Positions 55,801 to 64,000 of a stretch of DNA of 64,000 nt are shown here, piece after piece. The translations under genes were made by a program, and so were the position numbers. This DNA is from the human T2T-CHM13v2.0 reference genome, Homo sapiens. Every line of letters starts with the position of its first letter. Position 1 is the stretch's first letter. The stretch lies in NCBI RefSeq assembly GCF_009914755.1, contig NC_060929.1, one strand, 5' to 3'. A model generated the notes under the pieces. The model was given only the letters and a program-made list of their open reading frames with translations. It was not told the DNA's origin and searched no databases.

Positions 55801-58800
55801 ATAAAGATAACAGTATCTATCGTAGGATGAATGAGTTAGCATGAGGCCAGGGGTTGCCTTACACTAACTACTCATTGTGTATTGAATATTATTATACTAG
55901 TCATTCATTCTATGCAACCTAAGTGGAAAGACTCCCAGCTCCATTCCTTAGTTAGGAGGAGGCCTAGACCCACTAACAATGGTAAGGGGTGTGTTTAGAA
56001 AGTTCATATTTCGTCACCCATATACAGGTAGGAACCACTGATACAAGGCAGATTCTGATAATCTCTCACCAATCAGATTGTAATCCCTGCTTTGTTATGG
56101 TCAAGTTTTTCTGCTGCTCAGCCACCTCCTTCTCTGGTGTTTTCTCTTCTCTACACTCATGCAATACATACAGTCGTTCAATGTCCTAAGAAAGTCTCCT
56201 CTTCTCTTGGAATCTCTTCCTCTCTCTTCCCCTTCTCCTTGATCTATTTTGACTTTTTATGTAGCTGGTAAGGATGTGATACCTTCTTATAGTTATGAAT
56301 GGGCTAAGAAGAAAGTGAATATAGATATTTTTTCCCCTCCAGCTCGGTCATGTCTTCCCATCTAGTCTATCAAATCTCTTTATTCTGCACATCAGAATAC
56401 AAGCTTGATAACAATAATAAAAAAAACCCTTCACTTTCCTTTGCTGTTCTTACTACTGTGATACTTTGAACAGTTTGAATCTCATATGGTTTGCATGAGA
56501 GACCCTGGTCCTTTGATCTGCTATTATCAAATAATGCTCCAAATTGCATCATCTTTTCCCGAAAACCTTACCACTTTTTACAATAGTTACATTTTGTTAA
56601 GTAAATAAACTAACTTTTCTGCAATAAGCAGTCTTTTTCCTCTCATTTCTCCTTCCCTGATTCAACCAAACTGGCCAAGGAATAAAGATGAATTTTACTG
56701 TATCTCTCCTCTCAATGCTTCATTACCCTGCTCATAAATCTTTAGCAACATTCTATTTGCTGCAGGATAACCTCCCACATCTTTGACATTTATTACCATG
56801 TATCTGTGTATACTCTAATCCTTACCAACATTTCCAAAACTTTATTTTCCCTCAGTTGTTAAAAAAACACCCCGTTCAAGTCAAGGGGATCTTTGTGCTA
56901 TAAAACAATAGACCTTGTGCTATCTTTTTGTGTGTCTTCAGATATCCTTTCCTCAACTACAGACCACATCATGCTTATTTATCTAAACTCTCAGCTGAAA
57001 TATCATTTTTTCTCCCTTTCTGAGCAACATAGCCTTACTTGAATTTTCTTTTCTCTGAATTTGATTTGCACTAACATCCTACACCATCTGTATGACATTT
57101 TCCCATGATAACTTTTTTAAGTGAATTTGTTTTTTGAATCTTTGTTAATATCAACTTTTTTAAAACAGCATTTTAAGATGCTTAGCACCTTTTTCCCCCA
57201 AAATGAGTGAGTGTCTAAGTAAAAAGTTGAATCAGCTCCTGAAATTATAAAACAAGATGTCATATTAATAGTGTTAACTCCACATAATAGTTCAGTGTTA
57301 AGAAAAATGTGGCAAAAAAATTAAGTATTCTCTGCATTCTTTGAACCCTATCTTCCCTTTTTATTTTCCAATGCAGTTAATTTGGAATTCTTACTATACA
57401 TTGATGTGTCAAAATGAGTATTGTGAAAGAGAAATTATAGAATTGAAAACCATAGAAAAGACAATAAAACTTTAAATAAAATGTAATTTTAATAAGAAAT
57501 GTTGGAGCTGGTTTTTCATCCTAAATGTCTCTACTGCCTTTCTTCACAAAGAAAATAAAGGCAATGACTGTATTATGTATACATGCTGTTTTTTATTAAA
57601 ACTCTTGGACAAATAGTTAAGGTTAACATAATAGACGTATTTGGAGTGACTGTGCCATGTAAAACAACCTCCTTTCTTTGATAACTGTCCACTCACCAAA
57701 GGCGGGGACATCTAATTGGTTCTCAAACATTTTTTGGGGGGTTCCATGTGCTCTTCACATTCATGACTTGGGTTTACATTTGATGTTTACATTATTTTCA
57801 CCAGAAAATCAGAAATATTTTTCACAGACAATTAAATTGTAAAAGTTTTGCAGCTGAGGATTTCTACACATGGAACTTTTTTGTGGCTATCTTATCCTAT
57901 ATATACAGAGAGGCAGCGAAAGGCAGCAGCAGGAGAAGCTGGAGAGAGAGGATGCTAAGATGTGTAGAGCAGTGGGGACAGTGATGTCTAGCTAACAGGT
58001 GCCACCACCATAAAGTCCTTAAAATAGTCCTGTTTTCTTGTAGTAAAACCCATTTGCATAATCCAGTGCAAGTGACTTTCTGTTATTTGCAATCAAATTT
58101 TTTTTTAGCTAAGCAAAAACTATTTTAAAATACTCCTGAGGGAAATTTCATAAAATATTAGGGTTATATCACTAGAGTTCTAAAAGTCCAGTAAAGTATT
58201 CACAAGCAAGAAACTGGGAAAGAGTAAACTTTACAATTTTATACAACAAAGTATTATAATGTTTGGCAGCTGATAAAAAATCTGTTGAAATATTTACAAG
58301 AAGTAATAATAATTATAGAAAATCTAGAACTACCTAAACTGACGGGGAATAGTTTGGAAAAAGTTAGAAATAACATCTTACCATTATTGATAAGATTATC
58401 TACATCTATTATGTTCTTTAGAGAACTATAAACCTCAATTTTTTAGGCAGATGTCAAAACTATATTATCATACGTGTGGTATTTATGCTGTGGCTTTCAC
58501 TTTTTGGAAACTTGAATTGTTGAGGAACCCATTATGATTTGTTTTCTTTTGCCTCACATATTATGGTTTGAATTAAGAAATTCCACCTTCCTTATACAAT
58601 GTATAAAAAACATAATGTTAGAAATAAAGGGAAGTCCTCTTCTTAGCTCATACAAAAAATTCTAATTGAATGAATTATAAATCATCTTTGTATACTGCAT
58701 GGATCTGAATATATATATGCATATATATACACACACGCATATATAATGTGCGTGTTTGTGGGGGGAGTGGAGTTACATATTTCTCAGTCATATTTCCCCA

Positions 58801-58807
58801 CCCAGTC

Positions 58808-58864
<57 letters not shown>
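58808..58864. repeat. Compound (TA)10(CA)18 microsatellite
   Basis: Directly visible. Confidence 0.97.
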
Positions 58865-58866
<2 letters not shown>

Positions 58867-58929
58867 GTAGAGATACGTGTGTGTGTATCTTGCATTGGTT
58901 CTTTGAATTTGTAACTTACATTTCCTCAA

Positions 58930-59030
58930 AATATAGAAGGAGGAATTGAGATGCAGAGAGCTTACATTTCCTTGCTCAGGACTACAGAGTCAATGAATGG
59001 TTAATCACCAAGGATATTAACAAGGTCTGT
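58930..59030 (-). mobile_element. MIR fragment
   Basis: gaggaattgagatgcagagag...cttgctcagg. Confidence 0.5.
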
Positions 59031-59191
59031 CAAACATACTGTTTTTTCATAACAAATCCAAAATCGTGTCATCTAACCCTCAGCTCCTGATTCTTGAGAT
59101 TTTGGTAGTAATGCAAACTGTCTAGTTTCCATTTCACAATATTAATTCAAAGTAAACTTTTTGCAAAAATAATGGTTTCATTAAGAAATCA

Positions 59192-59199
59192 ACACACAT

Positions 59200-59247
<48 letters not shown>

Positions 59248-59249
59248 AC
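59192..59249. repeat. (CA)n microsatellite, interrupted
   Basis: Directly visible. Confidence 0.97.
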
Positions 59250-61889
59250 CAATGCACCATTTAGGCACATATGTATTTCCCAAATTATAAAATGGGAATT
59301 ATTAAAACCCTTACAATATTATAGTATTTTTGGGAGGAAAAAATAAAGAGCACTCCTCAAATTCAGTAAATGGTGCGGCTAAAAAATAAAGCTATGTATG
59401 CCACCAAGGGAGAAGATAATTACATTTTTTTTCCTTTTAATATACACTGAGGGATAAGGAGATATAATACAATGAAAAAAAGCATTACCACATGGTTTGG
59501 TATTTAATCATTGCTTTTATGTGTTTGTTAATAAGACTAAAAATGATGATGATTTCTTCAGCATTTTTTTCATATTCTAATGGTATACTTATACAAATGC
59601 TATATATATATACAAAATGCTATAATAAGGTGAATGGAAAGATGTTCCTATTATATTAGGTTTACTTTCATTGTTCCTTGAATAACTGTCATAAAACATG
59701 ATATGACATATGTTATTTATGTCATTTAATTTTGGAGAGGTTTCAGAGAGTGAGTAAATGTATTTGCACAATTGGTATCTCAAAGCATTAAATGAGTTTT
59801 GGGCAGAAGAAATCACTTTACAGATAAAATGTAGTTGGCTCTCATCACTTATTTCTAACAGTTTTAACTAAATTAGTAGGTTTCCCCTGGCAGGTACTAA
59901 CATCCATCCCATTCAATATCTACATATTTTGGATCTATTTTAATATGTAGATAGAGTGTAATCTTAAATGCTTCTGTTTATAACTTACAATTATTCCCTT
60001 GATTATCTTTCTAAAAAGAACATGCATGCTTATGTTTTTCCATTTTAGTATTTATAAACATATCTATATAAGGATTCATAAATCATAATTCATTCATAAA
60101 TCATTATGAAACATATACACAAACTAAAAAGAAAGCCAATCATGTATCACAGATTTTACCTTGATAAATAATATGAATGTTTTGGTATCTTACATTTATT
60201 TTTATAATTTATTTGTTTTATTTCATTTTATATTCCAAATTCAATTTAAATGTTGGCTTTTCTCTTAAATTCTCCTGGGCATTTGAATAATGTTACATAT
60301 CTCAATTAGAGAGTATATAATATTTAACTATTTTAATGTATCATAGTTTAGTTAGCTCTTAATCCACAAATTAATATCTGTTTTGAATATATTACTACTA
60401 TAAATATTGCTAGAATGAACATCTTTGTATATCAATTTGCATTACATTAAATTTCCATATTTGAATTACTGAGAAAAAGTTGTTGGGATTTTAAATGCTG
60501 TTCATAGATATCTAAGCCAGTAAAACCATGGTTTAAAATTGTTTAAATAAATGGTCTCATAATATCCTTTTCTTTTTCACACTATTCTGAAAAAGGGGGA
60601 AAATCTCATTGTAATATCCCATTACATTCTTCCTAAGAAAATAAATTTACACCCAAACAAGACAGGCTCATTTCAGAAATAACTCCCACATCTAAGGATT
60701 CAAGTGCAGACAGTCTTTTCTGCTGCTATCACATTTTTCTTCAGCAGGGTCCCATTTGAACTGATCAGTCATCTGGACTCTCATTGTGGATGCACCATTG
60801 TGAATTGGCCTTATTACAACCTAATCACACCCCACCCACATTACACAGCAGAGTGATTCAAGAAGACACAACATTAAGCCTACTAAATATGCATAAATCC
60901 CTTCAATTAAAACTCTGCAGGATTGTTTTCATGTTGAACATACAGACTAATTGTTAATATCCTTTAACTGTGCTAATGTAATCATTTGTGCAAATTAAAT
61001 CCGTCTTTGTAAATTTTTCTGGGAAATTTTCACTGTGTGATAACTAATAGGAAGGAAATGTCTTCTATATTGAAATGATAATTAACTTTTAACTATGATT
61101 TCACCCTTATTTTAACATTTACTCTGTCCTTTAATGTCATGTTTTAGTCAGGAATGTCTACTGACTTTCATCTAAAGTGTATGCAGTAAGCTCATTGAAG
61201 GAAGAAATGGTGTATTTGTCTTTGAACTATCATCAGTGTCATTTATGATAATAGCAACAAGCAAACAATATAAACAAAACAACAAAAGCATCACATTGAG
61301 AGGGTCCTTAGAAAATGTACTGATTTGGTGAGGAAATACATATTTTTAATATTTATTAAAAACAGTTGGCTGCTCCATTAAGACATATGGAATATTTTGT
61401 CTATTTACTCTGGCTCAAATCTGAAATCAAATATACTCATCCTTTCAAAAATACAAAATCAGAAGGTGGGCTTGAATTTTACATTTTGTGCTACACATAT
61501 TTGATGCTAAAACTTTTTTTTTCTAAGGTAAAATTAGTAACACATTTATTTGGGGGAGTATTTTTAAATCTTATGTGTATGGCAGGCACTAAACTAGCCT
61601 CCAAAAACATATGCTATTTCTGAGAAACTGTAGTTCTTTGAAAAATAAGAGTTTTTCTTCAGTTTCTAATCGGCTCTATAACATTGATACAGTAAAGCCA
61701 AATCCATTCTTAATGAAATGATTTGAAGGCTGTCCTAAAATATATTGAGGTGGCAGTGAATTTCTAGATATGCTAACACATAGCCCTCTTGTAAATAAAC
61801 ATATTAATATCTTAGAAAACTTGCACTGAAATGCAAAAATATATTATCAAGACTCTTTCCTTCGCTTTGTCATTTAAGTAGATTATTCT

Positions 61890-62420
61890 CTCATTATTTC
61901 ATGTACTAAACACACACATATGCATTTACAGTTCACTCTGTATTAAGCACTTTGGTGAGTATTGGAGATACAAAGTTCGCTCCAACACACAGGGTCCCTT
62001 TATTTACAGTACGCTTACTCAACACAAACATATGTACAAAGAGACACAAACTCTCCCAAACCGGCATAAATATAAAATAACAATTCTTCTAAAGTCTTTG
62101 CAGTTGTGCTGAGAAATTCTAGTAGGGATTTGATAAAGAAAGGGAGGTCAGAGAGTTTGTCTTGCAAAAGGATTGACCACACTGAGTTTGGAGAAATGTG
62201 TAAAAGGGGTGGATGGAGTAAAAGGAAAAGCCTCCTGAGACAAAGGGTATGGTGTGCATGCAAACACACCAGGGTAAAAGAAAGCAGGACAATTTTCAAA
62301 CAAGTGTAGTTAGAGCACAGAGAGAAGATAGCCTAGCATGTGGTGGGGGCCGTGGGTGTGCGGCTGGAGTTATTTAGGCTGGATTTGATAATGTAATCTC
62401 TCAAAATCTATATGAAATGC
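61890..62420 (-). mobile_element. L2 3' region
   Basis: actctgtattaagcact...tggagatacaaag, gggaggtcagagag, gcatgcaaa. Confidence 0.65.
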
Positions 62421-62622
62421 ATTTTTAGAGCTTATTAAAGACACAGACCACAGATATTGAGGGTGAAATAAATAAAATAGAAAAATGAATATAAGATAAA
62501 TGTAGAACTAGTTTTCCTAAATTTAGAAAATTATTTGCTTTTATCAGAGAATCGCAAAAGCACTAGCAGAAGCAAAGTGAAGCATCCATGAGCGGGAAGT
62601 TAGATGCCACCGGCCACTGAAA

Positions 62623-62642
62623 GCGCCGCCACCCTGTGGTCA
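62623..62642 (-). promoter_or_regulatory. Candidate CTCF motif
   Basis: Minus strand tgaccacagggtggcggcgc against consensus CCACYAGRKGGCRS, inside a small local CpG cluster. Confidence 0.5.
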
Positions 62643-62979
62643 CTGTTCTTGATTCAGAACAAGGGGCTTGCACTCCTGACAGAAAGAGCACAGGGGGCAG
62701 GTCTTTGGCACCAACAAACAGGAGCTTGAACTGGGACCTAAAAAGAAAGAGGGATGCTCAAATATAGAAATGTGGATGGGGGTGACATTTTCCTACCGAC
62801 ACCAAAAAAATCAAGACAGTTGCAGTCTCCCGCAGGACCTGTAGGGTGACGGGAAGAGAGAGAGTGGCCACAAATTCTGAGAACTGCTAAATGCAAGTCA
62901 GTTCTATGAGATCTGGGAGACAAAAAATATAGGAAATTGTAATGCAAACAAATAATAACCGGAAAAAGATGAAATATTT

Positions 62980-63400
62980 CCATTGAAAAGCTATATTTGT
63001 TACAAGGGGGTACATGACAGAAATATGCAGAAGATTTGTGTGTATGCACCTAAAAAATAGCCTGAAAATGTGTACAGCAAAAATTGGTATGATTACAGGG
63101 AGCAATTGAGCCATCCTTGATCTTAGAAGATTTAACAACTCATCTGTCAGCAATTTTGCAATCAAACAGAAAAATATATATATAATTTTAAATTTCTGCC
63201 AGTATAACTGTACAGTTAACAAGCTTCATCTAATGTGTATTTCTGCACTAAATAATTAGCAAATGTATATTCTTCTGTTGTATACATGGGCTATTTATAA
63301 AAATTAATCTTAAATCATAATCTTAAATCAACCAAGTTCAAATAATCAACGTACAGAACCACCTTCACCGAATACAATAGATGTTAAGTTAAAAATGAGT
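62980..63400 (+). mobile_element. Ancient L1 ORF2 endonuclease-region remnant
   Basis: gtgtatgcacctaa (xYAPN motif), gaagatttaaca (GDFN-like), aacaagcttcatctaatg, atattcttc. Confidence 0.7.
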
Positions 63401-63534
63401 AGCCCATCAAAAAATGAACACCCATGTGATGTTGACAGATTACTGTTGGAGTAAAGTATTCATAAAGTTTAAAATGTAATTTATTCTGACCAACATTGAG
63501 AGCTCAGATGATTGAACCTATGGTACAGACTGAA

Positions 63535-63890
63535 AGTTCTGTGTCTATGATTGGAATTTATTTTTCTTTTCCTTCTAGACAGTCACACTGGAGTAGAGTC
63601 CATACTGCCTGGTTCTCTTGCACAAAGGTGTGATTATGTGTAGGTTTTCTGGCAAGTAGGAACATGGTGTAGGTGTTACCTTAGACCATGAAGATATGAG
63701 TCATAGCCTAGCAAAGAAAATGCAACAAAATAAAGGTAGCTCAGGTTTCTAACCATTCTGAAACAAAATCCTTGCTTTATTAAATTGCTTAAGCCTAGAC
63801 TGCTACATCAAAGCAAAATCACCCTCTATTTCCTATAATTTATATTATGTTGTGTCTTTATTTCACAGCCAACTTTATTTCCTAAGTACA
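63535..63890 (+). mobile_element. MLT1I-like LTR
   Basis: ctcttgca...ggtgtgattatgtg...ttctggcaa; cctagactgctac; ends ttcacagcc...cctaagtaca. Confidence 0.55.
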
Positions 63891-64000
63891 GAAATCAAAT
63901 TGATTTCAAAAATACAAAGTGACCAACAGGTACCTCAAGCTACTTGTTTTGACTTTGCAAACTTTATATGTTTCATAGTTTTCACTTCTAAATATACAGT

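Overview
This is AT-rich primate genomic DNA (catarrhine, probably human or ape), either intergenic or deep intronic. I find no supportable protein-coding exon, RNA gene, CRISPR array or prokaryote-type system. The ORF track is largely explained by Alu, L1, L2, MaLR and simple-repeat sequence, and the remaining short ORFs show no recognisable domain. The window is a layered record of transposable elements: about 15 Alu-family elements (FAM, FLAM, AluJ, AluS, AluY), at least 13 MaLR LTR elements including an internally deleted two-LTR THE1A element, L1 fragments (one L1PA8 with a 5' inversion), L2, MIR, L3/CR1, MER20, MER52, and several microsatellites. The signals not explained by these repeats are a series of near-perfect short inverted repeats and templated-insertion-like scars, a stem that encloses a (GT)19 tract, candidate CTCF sites, intact DUX4 motifs in THE1 LTRs, and inverted Alu pairs. 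Subfamily calls come from recalled consensus motifs, not from an alignment, and boundaries of the old elements are approximate. I cannot support a claim of a new biological system here.
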